Shown here: piece by piece, positions 52,942 through 63,615 of the stretch
Numbering within the stretch: position 1 is the first letter of the stretch
Layout of the letters: each line of letters opens with the position of its first letter
From: a bacterium
GTDB taxonomy: Bacteria > UBA8248
Assembly: GCA_965200245.1 (NCBI GenBank)
Contig: CBDATS010000004.1
Coordinates: forward strand, 640,001-704,000
Reading direction: 5' to 3'
Length of the DNA: 64,000 nt
Program-made: the position numbers and the translations under genes
Notes under the pieces: model-generated
The model's database searches: none
Seen by the model: the letters and a program-made list of their open reading frames with translations, nothing else
What the model was told of the DNA's origin: nothing

Positions 52942-53824
52942 ATGAGCGAAGAGACCGCACAACAAAAAGACAGCGCAGAAACCAGGTCCGCAGGGAAAAG
53001 TTCTTCCGTATTCACCAGGGGGGGGAGACGCCAGGAAAACCCCGCGCCAGAAGCTGACCAAAAGGGTATATGAGGCTGAACTCGCACGGCTCCAGATAGA
53101 GCTCGTGAAGCTCCAGGAATGGATAAAGGACAGGGGTCTTAAAGTCGTCATCCTTTTCGAGGGAAGGGACGCGGCCGGCAAGGGCGGCGTCATCAAACGC
53201 ATTACACTGAGACTCAACCCGCGGGTCTGCCGCGTCGTGGCCCTCGGAACACCCACCGAGCGCGAGCGCACACAGTGGTATTTTCAGCGCTACGCGGCCC
53301 ACCTGCCCGCGGCGGGCGAAATGGTGCTCTTCGATCGCTCCTGGTACAATCGCGCGGGCGTGGAGCGGGTGATGGGCTTTTGTACGGATGAAGAATACCG
53401 CGAGTTTCTGCACTCATGCCCGACATTCGAGCGGATGCTGGTGCGATCCGGTATCATCCTGATCAAATACTGGTTCTCGGTGAATGATGAAGAGCAGGAA
53501 CGCCGCTTTCAGGCGCGCCTCGACGACCCCACGCGGCACTGGAAACTCTCGCCGATGGACATGGAATCACGCAACCGCTGGGTAGAATACTCGAAAGCCA
53601 AGGATGAGATGTTCGCCCACACCGACATCAAGCAAGCCCCCTGGTACGTGGTGGACGCGGATTCAAAGCGCCGCGCGCGGCTGAACTGCATCCACCACCT
53701 GCTCTCCCTCATCCCGTATGAAGACCTGACACCCGACCCGGTCACCCTGCCCCCACGTCGATCCGAGCAAGCCTACGTGCGTCCCCCCATAAGCGAGCAA
53801 ACTTTCGTACCGGATCGATATTGA
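52942..53824 (+). CDS. ppk2: Polyphosphate kinase 2, with +1 frameshift in a G8 run at 53018-53025
   Basis: FEGRDAAGKGG, WYFQRY, FDRSWYNR, WKLSPMD; ATG 52942 joins the main frame if one G is removed. Confidence 0.9.
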
Positions 53825-53924
53825 GGGGCACCCACTCGGCTATCAATATTCAGGGAAGGGAATTTATGCACTTTACCCACCCCACCCGTAGCGTTGGGGG
53901 ACGCGGCGATATGGGTACGGAGCT

Positions 53925-54530
53925 TTAATCAGGCAAGTCAAAACCCTTGGCTTCTAATACCTTGTCTCGAAGCAACACACCAATCACTTTGAGAACTTGA
54001 CTCACTTCTAGTCCATGTTTATAGGCTGATGTTTTAACCCGCACATCCAAGGGAAATTGATACTCTTCTCTTATATTAGGATCGTTTATAAGTTCATCTT
54101 CTGCATACTTAAAACACATTTCTTGGATTTCATATGGAGGCATATCGCTGGCTCTGGAAATAAAAGTTTCCGCACGATCCTCAACCACCTCTTTCGCTTT
54201 TATCTCTTCAGCAATTTGTTTTCCTAGATCAGTCAGTGTTATGGGACTTGACATTTTTGTAGTGTCTTGGGGAAGAGCATGAAATATCTTTTTGACATCC
54301 TCGCGCATCTCTTCCATAAATTTTGTTAAATTCTCTTCCAATGTTTTCAAGCTATTTGATAAGAAGGTTTGGTTTGAATCAACAAGAGTTTTCCATCCTG
54401 CAATTTTCCAAGTGATAAAAATTGCGACAAGCATAATCAAAAATACAAGAACAACGATGGCAATGATACTTCCTCGCAAAGCAGATTCAATCAATTCCAA
54501 CAAAGATATTATTTCAGAAGTCGGGGGCAT
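53925..54530 (-). CDS. AT-rich hypothetical membrane-anchored protein
   Basis: N-terminal TM and coiled coil; composition unlike flanks. Confidence 0.7.
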   Translation of the reverse strand: MPPTSEIISLLELIESALRGSIIAIVVLVFLIMLVAIFITWKIAGWKTLVDSNQTFLSNSLKTLEENLTKFMEEMREDVKKIFHALPQDTTKMSSPITLTDLGKQIAEEIKAKEVVEDRAETFISRASDMPPYEIQEMCFKYAEDELINDPNIREEYQFPLDVRVKTSAYKHGLEVSQVLKVIGVLLRDKVLEAKGFDLPD

Positions 54531-54632
54531 AATCAGGGGCTCGTATACATAGGTGACAAGGCAAACACCTTAGCTTGTTTATGAATATTTTATGATTGCT
54601 TATCAAGGATAAGGCGGCGCATTTCTGCTAAA

Positions 54633-54851
54633 ATGGGGCTGTCAGAAGCCCGGTCATTCAGCAAAGAGGAGATGCGCCACCATGCAGAAAGATACGATGA
54701 TTCCCCTCATGAATCCGGCCTGCGGGACGAGCTGAGTGAACTGTTGCGTGCGAGTGCGCAACGCATCATACGCCAGGCCGTGGAAGTGGAGTTAGGAGCC
54801 TTCCTGCAAAAGCATTCGGCCGCGCGTGACGCGCAGATTAGTCATAACTAA
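54633..54851 (+). pseudogene. IS256-family transposase N-terminal fragment
   Basis: DELSELLRASAQRIIRQAVEVELGAFL, truncated. Confidence 0.65.
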
Positions 54852-54867
54852 TTTCGGGGAGACCTTG

Positions 54868-55317
54868 TTACCCCTCCACTTTTCCCCTCATCCTCTTCTT
54901 CTCGCTGCGGGCGCGTTTGTCCTGGAGGCGTTTTTCGATTGATGCGCGGGTGGGGCGTGTGGGGCGGCGCAGTTTAGGTGGCGAGGAGGCTTCGGCCAGG
55001 GCAGAGCGGAGTTTCTCCAGGCAGTCGGCGACGTTTCGCCCCTGATCGCGAAAGCGGCTGCTCGCGATGACGACTTCACCCTCGAGTGTCATGCGTCGCG
55101 GGTGGCGTGCACGCAGGCGGTGTTTCACGTCCTCCGTCACGCTCGGCGAGGCGGCCATGTCCCAGCGCAGCACCGCCTTGCTCGCGACCTTGTTGACATT
55201 CTGCCCGCCGGGGCCGGAACTTCGCGCGAACTGAAAGTGGAATTCGCGCAAGGGGATTTGCAACTTCTCGTTCACGATGAACATTTTCATACTCCTGTGG
55301 CATTGTGGGTGCAACAT
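54868..55317 (-). CDS. arfB: Ribosome rescue peptidyl-tRNA hydrolase ArfB
   Basis: RSSGPGGQNVNK, basic C-terminal tail; start may be downstream. Confidence 0.93.
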   Translation of the reverse strand: MLHPQCHRSMKMFIVNEKLQIPLREFHFQFARSSGPGGQNVNKVASKAVLRWDMAASPSVTEDVKHRLRARHPRRMTLEGEVVIASSRFRDQGRNVADCLEKLRSALAEASSPPKLRRPTRPTRASIEKRLQDKRARSEKKRMRGKVEG

Positions 55318-55578
55318 CGTTCATGCCTGCCGAATCGTAATGCATTTCTCAGCCAAAGTCAGGTTCACGACCACTCAGACAAGACGACGCGCAGGTGGTT
55401 CTTTGTTTATGCCGTGCGCAACGGCGATGCCCTTCCTGACGTCAGGCCATTCCGGACGTGCTCTGAGATTCGCTTTCCAATGGTTTTGGTGAGATAATTC
55501 CGCTGATGATCGGCGTGTAGCTGATCGCTTCGCCAGTCTTATCCCTACAGACCCGGACCGCCGCAACGGAGACAAACC

Positions 55579-56190
55579 ATGAAATGGATCATCCTGACGC
55601 TCCTCGTCGTGTTTACTCTCGGCGTTCAAACGTCAAGCGCACGGCAACTCGAGAAGGCCGTCTTCGCAGGAGGCTGCTTCTGGTGCGTCGAGTCTGATTT
55701 CGACAAGGTGCCGGGCGTCGTCTCGACGATTTCGGGCTATACCGGCGGCAAGACCAAGAACCCGACCTATGAACAGGTCACCTATGAAAACACAGGACAC
55801 TACGAAGCGGTCGAGATCACCTACGACCCGGCGAAGGTCAGTTACGAGGCACTGCTCACCGCATTCTGGCGCTCGGTCGACCCCACCGACGACGGCGGCC
55901 AGTTCTGCGACCGGGGCCATTCCTACAAAACAGCCGTCTTTGTAGTGAACGACAGGCAGCGCGCAGCGGCAGAGGCCTCCAGGAAAACGGCGCAAAAGGA
56001 CCTCGGCCAACCGATCGTCACTCCGATACTCACCGCAGCGCGTTTCTACCCGGCAGAGGACTATCACCAGGACTATTACAAAAAGAATCCCTACCGCTAC
56101 CGTTACTACCGCTGGGGTTGCGGGCGCGACAAGCGGGTGAAGAGAATCTGGGGCAAGCACGCCTTAAAGGGAATCCCCGGCCACAAGTGA
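55579..56190 (+). CDS. msrA: Exported methionine sulfoxide reductase A
   Basis: Signal peptide, AGGCFWC, GQFCDRG, AEDYHQDYY. Confidence 0.95.
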   Translation: MKWIILTLLVVFTLGVQTSSARQLEKAVFAGGCFWCVESDFDKVPGVVSTISGYTGGKTKNPTYEQVTYENTGHYEAVEITYDPAKVSYEALLTAFWRSVDPTDDGGQFCDRGHSYKTAVFVVNDRQRAAAEASRKTAQKDLGQPIVTPILTAARFYPAEDYHQDYYKKNPYRYRYYRWGCGRDKRVKRIWGKHALKGIPGHK

Positions 56191-56238
56191 AGACACGCCA
56201 GTTGAGTCGGCGTCAGGGAACCTCCATGCGAGAGGTGT

Positions 56239-56925
56239 TCAGGAAACCTGGTTGCGCTCCAGCATGTCCAGCACGTCATCCGTTTTTGTCACCCAGCCGA
56301 ATTTCGATTCGAAGTTGTACAGGGTGGCCTGGCGCGTGAAGTCCGGGCCTGTGTGATCCATCGCATCCTCGATTAGAATGGGCCAGAACTCACGAAAATA
56401 AGCCTCGCGTGCCGTGCTCTCCACGCAGACGTTCGTGGCCACGCCGGTGAAGAGAATGTGCCGGATGTCGAGGCCGTTGAGCTGGTTTTCCAGCGTCGTT
56501 CCCGCGAAGCCGCTGTAGCGGGCTTTTTTCACCACCAGGTCTTCCGGCATGGGTTTGAGTTCGTCAATAATCTCCCATCCCCACGTTCCCTCGATGATGA
56601 GCCTGTCGCGATCCACCGGGCGTTCCTCGATCATCCTGAACGCCATATGCTTGCGGACGTTGGGCGAGTGTGGCCCACCCGCGTCACTGAGGTCTGGCTT
56701 GTAGCCGAACTGGAGATACAGCACCTTCACGCTGGCCGCGCGTGCCGCAAGGAGCAGACGCCGGTTTGCCTCAATGACGGGGTTCGTGCGGGATTCGTCG
56801 ATGCCCGTGCCCAAGTCGAGCATTCCCCCTTTTTTCGCGTATGCATTCTGCATGTCGACCACGATAAGAGCGGTTCGAGCCAAATCGATTTCCACATCCT
56901 GGGGCCGAGCCTTCAGGTTCGCCAT
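56239..56925 (-). CDS. Isochorismatase-family cysteine hydrolase (RutB-like)
   Basis: VVDMQNAY, AGGPHSPN, RYSGF, ATNVCVEST, FGWV. Confidence 0.88.
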   Translation of the reverse strand: MANLKARPQDVEIDLARTALIVVDMQNAYAKKGGMLDLGTGIDESRTNPVIEANRRLLLAARAASVKVLYLQFGYKPDLSDAGGPHSPNVRKHMAFRMIEERPVDRDRLIIEGTWGWEIIDELKPMPEDLVVKKARYSGFAGTTLENQLNGLDIRHILFTGVATNVCVESTAREAYFREFWPILIEDAMDHTGPDFTRQATLYNFESKFGWVTKTDDVLDMLERNQVS

Positions 56926-57159
56926 GTCTCTTCTCCATGGGTATGTAGTAGCCATGCAAGTGCACCCCTGAGTCATGCCCGAACGCCGGTGACACGAATT
57001 CCGGGCCGCACACTCAAGCGAATTCATCTTATATCAGCAAACACGCTCTTTCCAGCCGTAAAAACTGGCGGTGATTTGCCGTACGCTTGAAGGTACCGAT
57101 ATGGTAGCGTAGCAAAATGCGCTCATTACAATGTTACACGTTCGGAGACAAGAGAAACC

Positions 57160-58002
57160 ATGCTGACCATAGACGCCCAGGTTCACGCCTATGAAAGGGA
57201 TCATCCGGGGCGACTCTGGGCGGGCTCCCTGCCGGGACCGCCGGAAGTAACCGGCGACGACATGGTCGCGGCCATGGATTCCGTCGGTGTGGACGCCGCC
57301 GTGCTGATCTCGCCCTTCGCCCTGTACCGCTACGACGCCGCCTATGCACTCGAGGTACGCACCACGCATCCGGGCCGATTCGCCCTGATCAAACCGGTCG
57401 ACCCAACCGACCACGCTGTGGCGGAGACGATCGCCGAATGGGTTGCGCTTGAAGGCACGGTGGGGGTGCGAATCATGCTGAACCCGGGCCCTTCCCTCGA
57501 TCCGGAGCATCCGGGAATCGATCGGGTTCTTGCCGCCGCCGCACGCGCCTCACTGCCGGTCAATCTCATGTGCTGGGGCCTGCTGGAGCACATCGCGCGG
57601 TATGCGCGCGCACACCCGAGCACGATGCTGGTAATCGATCACCTGGGTCTGGAACAGCCGTTTTACCCGCCGGCACCTCCCGACCCCTTTGCCGACCTCC
57701 CCAGCCTTCTGGCTCTGGCGGCATTCGACAACATCGCCGTGAAGATCACCGGTGCCTGCACGCTTTCCCATGCTCCCTATCCCTACGACGATATCTGGGA
57801 TCCGCTCTGCAGGGTATTCGACGAATTCGGCTTCGAGCGATGCCTGTGGGGCACCGACTGGACCCGCGCGGTCCATCTGCTGACATACGAGCAGGGCGTG
57901 ACGCCGTTTCGCCTTACGGATCGACTAACGGACGAGGAGCGCGCAACCCTCATGGGAGGCACCTTGCAGCGGATATACGACTGGAAGCCCGGTATCGGAT
58001 AG
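57160..58002 (+). CDS. Amidohydrolase_2 family protein
   Basis: DAQVH, IDHLG, WGTDW. Confidence 0.88.
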   Translation: MLTIDAQVHAYERDHPGRLWAGSLPGPPEVTGDDMVAAMDSVGVDAAVLISPFALYRYDAAYALEVRTTHPGRFALIKPVDPTDHAVAETIAEWVALEGTVGVRIMLNPGPSLDPEHPGIDRVLAAAARASLPVNLMCWGLLEHIARYARAHPSTMLVIDHLGLEQPFYPPAPPDPFADLPSLLALAAFDNIAVKITGACTLSHAPYPYDDIWDPLCRVFDEFGFERCLWGTDWTRAVHLLTYEQGVTPFRLTDRLTDEERATLMGGTLQRIYDWKPGIG

Positions 58003-58316
58003 CCTGCGGTGTTGACGCTTCAAGGAAACTGCAGAAAACGCAAGGGAAAGCACAGGACTCTCTCCGATGAACCGAAATGCTATACACCTGCAGTGACAGG
58101 CCTCCCGTGACTACTTGCATTTTGTTTGCTCGTCAAGGCAAGTGCACAGATCACATATAATGTGGCCACTACACGCGGGCGATAGCCCTTCAAAGATCGC
58201 CAAACGTCGGAATGACGGCAAAATACACAAAACAAACCTGCCTGTTCGACTATGGTTCGACCGGCTACAGGACTCACTCCCTGTTCATGAATCAGGATAA
58301 TCAGAGGTGGTTGTTC

Positions 58317-59195
58317 TGTAGTGGGTCAGTTTGAAATTTTCTTCCTGTAAGGCCCGCGCGGACCGGGTTTGGGGCGGGCTTCCTGTACGAGTCGGACGAT
58401 ATCTTCGATGTCCCAGAGACGATCCGTGACACCGGCGGCCATCGCCGGTGCAATCCCGTCCAGGCTTTTGTGTTGGCGACAGAAATTGTAATGCATGAAA
58501 TGCAGCGAGACGCTGTGGGCATGGTTCTCGATTTTCTTTGAAAAAGCATTTGTCAGCCGCGTAAAGCGGCGCATCGACATCCGCATGGTGAGATTGTTGC
58601 GCTCTGCATAGCTCGTGGAGATATGAACCGGGTCCGGGTCGCCCTCGATCTGCATCATTCTGGCTCCCGTGCATTCGGCAGGGCTGTATCGCTTCTCGGC
58701 GGATGCACCCCCCTCCGAACCATACAGCTTTACCAGCATGGCATAGTCTATGTCCGCGCCAAAGTCATCCTCCACGGCTTCCAGGTAAGGCCGGTGCCCA
58801 TCGCTCGTGAGTTGTATGCGACCGGCCAGCCTGTCGCGCAAATCGTTCATGAAAACAGCTGCGGTCTCGCTCGAACGATCTCCGACAACCCACGAAGGAA
58901 CCAGTTTCGTGTCGGCGCAGATGGCCGTCCACGTCCATACATCGCCTGCCCATTCGGGAGCGGCTTCCGTAACGTTCTTCTGCCTGGCATGGACGAAGGA
59001 CCAGATATCATCGACCTGAACGCGCCTGCATGGCAGGTCGCGCAGCACGCGGTTCTGATACGCGCTGCAGGCCTTTCCTGCGTCCACGAGAAGTTTTGCC
59101 ACGGTGTTCTTGCTTGTATCGGTAATGCGGGTCGTTGCGCGGATGCTCATGCCCTCTACGAGGCAACGAATGATGAGGGCTTCTCGCGAACGCAT
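58317..59195 (-). mobile_element. IS1-family transposase (CDS 58326..59195) and right end
   Basis: LVEGMSIRAT...KNTV, VDDIWSFV, LTSDG, ERNNLTMR, RRFTRLTNAFSKK; TGACCCACTAC after the stop; left end not identified. Confidence 0.85.
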
Positions 59196-59297
59196 AAATA
59201 GATACTGTCGTATCTGGCGTATGGGGCTGAATTGAAGAAAAAAGTAATTGCAATCATTTCCAGCTATGATAAAAATACCCCAGAAGGAGAGAATCCA

Positions 59298-59879
59298 ATG
59301 ATGTACGATGCAGAAAAAGCAGCGCAAGTCGCCTTGTATTTCACCAGGCTCGAAGGCGGCAAAATCAACAGACTCAAACTTATGAAGCTCACCTACTTGG
59401 CCGAGAGGGAGCATCTCCGGCTCTACGGAGAACCCATGTTCGGAGCGGAACTCGCCTTGATGCATCATGGCCCTGTCCCATGCGAACTACTGGACATCTC
59501 CTACTCCGAAGAAGTTGCACCTGTTTCATCTGACCACAAAGAAAAAAAACCTTGGCATTCATACATCCAGAGGGATGGAAGATATTACCTTACATCCAAG
59601 AAAGAAGCGGAATTCAAGGAACTCGACGAAATAAACAGAGCAGACACCGAAATCATCGAAAAACTATACGGACAACACAAAGAAAAAAACCAATACGAAC
59701 TCCGTGATTACACCCATACACTCCAAGAATGGATACGTACTCCCAAAGGAAAACGAGAGCCAATCCATCACAAAAATCTCTTCATGCAATTAGGTTACAA
59801 TAAAGACGAAGCAGACGAGTTATGTCAACGAATTAAAGAAAGAAAAGCACTAGACGAAACATATGCCGTACCTTTCTAG
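59298..59879 (+). CDS. Panacea/SocA (DUF4065) antitoxin
   Basis: LKLMKLTYLAER...HGPVP...LRDYTH.LQEW. Confidence 0.82.
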   Translation: MMYDAEKAAQVALYFTRLEGGKINRLKLMKLTYLAEREHLRLYGEPMFGAELALMHHGPVPCELLDISYSEEVAPVSSDHKEKKPWHSYIQRDGRYYLTSKKEAEFKELDEINRADTEIIEKLYGQHKEKNQYELRDYTHTLQEWIRTPKGKREPIHHKNLFMQLGYNKDEADELCQRIKERKALDETYAVPF

Positions 59880-60294
59880 ATTTTTACCCCTCAAGAAATG
59901 CGTATGCCTCCTCAGAGAATCAGGAACTCAGGAAGACCCAGGCAAAAGACACCTACACATCATACTGACCAATCCAAATTCCAACGAAGAAGTATTACTC
60001 GTAAGCGTCTCAAGCTTCCCCACTGAATCAGGACTCCGCCGCAAGACCGACGATTCTTGTATTCTATTCCCGAATGATTATCCATCATTCATTAGACACA
60101 AAAGCTACATTGCGTACAAACACACCAAAATCAAAAAAACAGAAGCCCTTCAGATCGAAATAGACAATAATAAATCTGCAATACACGGGATGGTAAGTGA
60201 AGAAGTTTTATCAAGAATCTGCCAAGGACCCAAAAAATCCAAATTCACAAGCCCAAAAATTCTCAAATTCTACGAAGAAGCATCCAAGGCGTAA
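59863..60294 (+). CDS. Putative toxin, possibly PemK/MazF-like fold
   Basis: Overlaps the Panacea gene; HLHIILT, VSVSS, DDSCIL...FIRHKSYI.Y. Confidence 0.55.
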   Translation: MPYLSRFLPLKKCVCLLRESGTQEDPGKRHLHIILTNPNSNEEVLLVSVSSFPTESGLRRKTDDSCILFPNDYPSFIRHKSYIAYKHTKIKKTEALQIEIDNNKSAIHGMVSEEVLSRICQGPKKSKFTSPKILKFYEEASKA

Positions 60295-60562
60295 TCAACA
60301 CGTCAAGACAGCATAGGATGATCGCTTCCCCTCGAAACCATTCCCGTCGGCTTCAATCCAGACGGAATGGGGTTTTCTCATTGTCGACACTCGGCTCAAT
60401 AGCAATGGATTGCCGCCAACACGCAATGTTTTTGCCAGGCAGTCAAGGAACTGTCTTGAGAACTGCTTCGTCGAGAGCATAGCGAACCGGATCGGTGTGG
60501 ATTTTCAAAATAATTGATAGGTCGTGGACATTGCACCGAGGAACAAGGAAAACGCAGATTAC

Positions 60563-61138
60563 TCATTTCGTGCCAACAGCTGAAAGATATTCCCGTTCCT
60601 GCAGACTCCCGGTTTCCTCACGGACGACATTAAATTCGAGGTGAGGCTTGACTCCGACGACTTTTCGGGAGAGTTCATCGATTGAATTAGAAAAACCACG
60701 CTTCCTGGTACTCCTGTCAATATAGATAATTGTACCAATCATCTCCAATTCGCCTGCGTTCATGGAGCCGAATTCTCGCACAATCGAGGATATCTTTTCG
60801 TCGTATTGCCCCAGAAAATTCTGAGCGCGTGCTATTAATTCGTTGCCTTTGAGGCCTAATGAATACTCAAAAGCATATCCCCCGGGAAAAGAAGCCAGAG
60901 TGCCCTTTACCCCTTCCAGCGCTTCGGCATAGCTCAAGTCATCCAGCAGTCGGGAATCGAATGGGCCGTAAGTGTAAAGTGTGAAACGGTAATCAAGCGG
61001 AACGGTTTGGATCTCTTTCAAGAGGTAAGCAAATTTCATCAGCGCAGTCCTTCCAGCTTTTCTATCGGTTTGTTCGCTCTTTTCGACCATACGACAAATC
61101 AGGCCCAGTCTGCTCCATCCCCAATCATCCATTGGCAT
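60563..61138 (-). CDS. YwgA/SocA-like winged-helix protein
   Basis: GRTALMKFAYLL...FTLYTYGPFD...LEMIGTI. Confidence 0.65.
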   Translation of the reverse strand: MPMDDWGWSRLGLICRMVEKSEQTDRKAGRTALMKFAYLLKEIQTVPLDYRFTLYTYGPFDSRLLDDLSYAEALEGVKGTLASFPGGYAFEYSLGLKGNELIARAQNFLGQYDEKISSIVREFGSMNAGELEMIGTIIYIDRSTRKRGFSNSIDELSRKVVGVKPHLEFNVVREETGSLQEREYLSAVGTK

Positions 61139-61522
61139 CTCCGGTTTTGTTTAGCCTTTGCACGGCTTCATCACGATCTTGTTTCTTGACATACAATCTG
61201 GTCTGGCGAATCGGCTTAATGCTGCTGACAAGCGACGAAAAAGAAGAAAGCGGTTTTTGCTTGCGATCATGAGCTTCCGTGAAAACAGGAATGTCGGAGC
61301 TTTTGGTATCATGCCAAGATTTTTCCGCCGGAATCTCTGCGCAACCAGTTCTTCGAGTTCAGCTTTTTGCTTGGCAAGCTCCTGTATGTCTTTGGGACCT
61401 GGGCTCTCCGGGGTATGCCATATCTTTCGGTAGTGATCTCGCTCCAAGATTCGCTCCCCATGTTCGCCGCCTTTTCTGTCTTTCAGCGCACCCAGCACCC
61501 GCCAATCACGCCAATCCAAGAA
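61125..61522 (-). pseudogene. C-terminal remnant, probably of an HD-domain phosphohydrolase
   Basis: DWRVLGAL...RILERDHYRK, frameshift, DIPV...PLSSFSSLV...RLYV; coupled to the YwgA-like gene. Confidence 0.5.
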
Positions 61523-61747
61523 TCCGCTCGATGAGCCTGAAAGCCTTGGACAGGGATGTCCCTCCCTGAAACACAGTTTCGGGTGTCCGTCGGGCAACCC
61601 GTTGTAGAGCACATCGAGAACAAAACAGACCTGAAAGTCCTTATCCACGTAACCGGGCATCGTATCGAGACGGTTTGCTGCCGCTTCGAACACGTCGCGT
61701 CTATCCTGCTCAGCCAGTGTGAAAAAGGATTCAAAAGATCCGTTCAT
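61523..61747 (-). pseudogene. AbiEii nucleotidyltransferase toxin, truncated
   Basis: YVDKDFQVC...F(fs)GTSLSKAFRLIER, then breaks off. Confidence 0.82.
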
Positions 61748-62421
61748 CAGGCGAGAACCTCTTCGGTCATGAGGTCGTATGCGAGCGGTAACGCCCAGCC
61801 AGGGAGGTCCTGTCGGTTACGGAACAAATCGCGTTTCACCTTGTCGGGAAGGCGACGTTTCAAAATCGAGACAACCCGGGGGTCTGTGACGGCGTCAGGA
61901 CCGAGCCACCGGAGCGCCTGAACGACCGGGGCTGCCGCTTTTCCCGCCCAGCGCATGACGCCCGGACTTGCCCGCTGGAAGCGGACCATTCGTCCGTCAA
62001 TCTCGACAGAACGCGATGCGCCATCTGTCACGTAGCGGGGTTTGGCAGGGACTGCGTTGGTGAGACCAAGCTGGTTGGCGCTCTCCATACCATCGGGCAT
62101 GATGCGGATACCGTCCCTGCGTGCGATTGCGGCGATTGCGGCAGACAGGGCAACCGGCGCAGGTCGCCCCAGCACGCCGCTGACCCTCGGCACATCGTAC
62201 AGACCACGGCCAACCCGGCGCAGTCGGCCAGCCTTGACGAGACGCGACAAAGCCTGGTCGACGGCTTCACGGATCCCTATATGCAGAAAATCTCTCGGTG
62301 TAAACACCCATTTCGAATCACCGTTCTCGGACACCCTGCTCATGATCGTATCGGCCACACTACTCACTCGGACATATCTCCTCTTCTGATTTGTCAGAAA
62401 TATATTATATTTATATGACAA
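61747..62421 (-). CDS. AbiEi-like antitoxin (DUF6088)
   Basis: VFTPRDF, AVDQALSRL, RGLY, ANQLGLTNAVP; real start probably nearer 62374. Confidence 0.85.
   Translation of the reverse strand: MSYKYNIFLTNQKRRYVRVSSVADTIMSRVSENGDSKWVFTPRDFLHIGIREAVDQALSRLVKAGRLRRVGRGLYDVPRVSGVLGRPAPVALSAAIAAIARRDGIRIMPDGMESANQLGLTNAVPAKPRYVTDGASRSVEIDGRMVRFQRASPGVMRWAGKAAAPVVQALRWLGPDAVTDPRVVSILKRRLPDKVKRDLFRNRQDLPGWALPLAYDLMTEEVLA
62392..62421. promoter_or_regulatory. Inverted-repeat operator upstream of the AbiEi-like gene
   Basis: TTGTCAGAAATATATTATATTTATATGACAA imperfect palindrome. Confidence 0.5.
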
Positions 62422-63255
62422 TCAACTGCACTTCTGTAATACGACAGGTGGAGACCAGACATGATTTCCATGAGGAATCATCTTTCTCATCGGAATACCT
62501 GTCCCATCCCGTTCGTGTCCAAACACCGGCCCCATCGCAGGCAGAACCGTGAAAGAGATGGATGGAACCTTTCATTGATCGCCGAGTTTCTGATTGAGTT
62601 CCTAGATACGGCCGGGGATGAACCGCGAGGCTGCCATCGGTTGTCTATATCACCAGCCCGTACAATTTCGTCACTGGTGTCGAAGTTGTTCCGGTTCCGC
62701 CTTTTTGGCCCTGCCCGCTCCGAGTACTTCCAAAGCCGCGACCCACTCCCCCGTCGCAATCTCCACCCGATCGCACAGGGCCTTCGCGTCGTTCACGAGT
62801 TCGGGCCCGATCGCGCGCACGACCGATCTCGACGAAGAAGCTGGTTTGCGGCGTATCGCCTGCTCTTTGTTACCAACGCCAAATGGCTGTCGCAGACCAG
62901 ATCGATCAGGTGCATTTATCCATCATGATCCGGGTTCTGTACATGCGCTGCGAAGAGCCGTGAGCTTCTCGACACTCATATCAAGCAAACCGGCAACGCG
63001 TCTCACAGAGACGCAGCCCCCCGACAGCACTTTGATCGATTAAGCGGACGCCCGACACTCGAATCGCGTGACCCGAAAACTACCCGTGTTTTCTGCGAAA
63101 TCATCGGGACAAAAGAATTCCATAGATGTGTTGGTATAATTACCAGATAGTGGTTACAACCCGGGACCATGATCGTGACTGGCTGAACAGTGGTTCGAGC
63201 ATCCGGGAAACGAATTGAAATGATGGACAACTTCAAGGATTCCGCACCAGTGCTG

Positions 63256-63547
63256 ATGAATAAAAAGACGCGGTGCTGACTCTGCTTCGCACGTATAAAG
63301 GAATACTCTCGGAACGCTTCGGGATCGCTGGACTTGCCCTTTTCGGGTCCTTCGCACGTGATGAGGCCACCGAAAGCAGCGACGTCGACATTTTGGTGCA
63401 GTTCGAGACGTCACCTGACTGGAAGCGCTACTTCGGAACGCAATCCTATATCGAGAACCTGCTGGGACGATCGGTGGACTTGACAACGGCCCAAGAGTTG
63501 TGAGCCGAAGTGCGCCCCGAGTGGAGCAAGAAATCATTGAGGTCTGA
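63256..63547 (+). pseudogene. Minimal nucleotidyltransferase (MNT) antitoxin pseudogene
   Basis: LFGSFARDEA...SDVDILV...LLGRSVDL; frameshift near the start, TGA at 63501. Confidence 0.8.
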
Positions 63548-63615
63548 TCCGGAGGGAAAAACCCGTGAATGGCGATTCCATGTTCAGGACATGATCGGGT
63601 TTCTCGAAAATGTCA
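63541..63615 (+). pseudogene. HEPN/DUF86 toxin N-terminal fragment
   Basis: REWRFHVQDMIGFLENV directly after MNT. Confidence 0.6.

Noticed and set aside
59193-59200. CATAAATA as a T4-like late promoter
   Set aside because: Coincides with the IS transposase start in AT-rich DNA with no phage context
58326-59468. 380-aa version of the IS transposase
   Set aside because: The N-terminal extension overlaps the Panacea gene antisense; homology begins near 59195
62460-63240. Possible IrrE-like and HipA-like C-terminal scraps on the minus strand
   Set aside because: Too short and fragmented to support without a search
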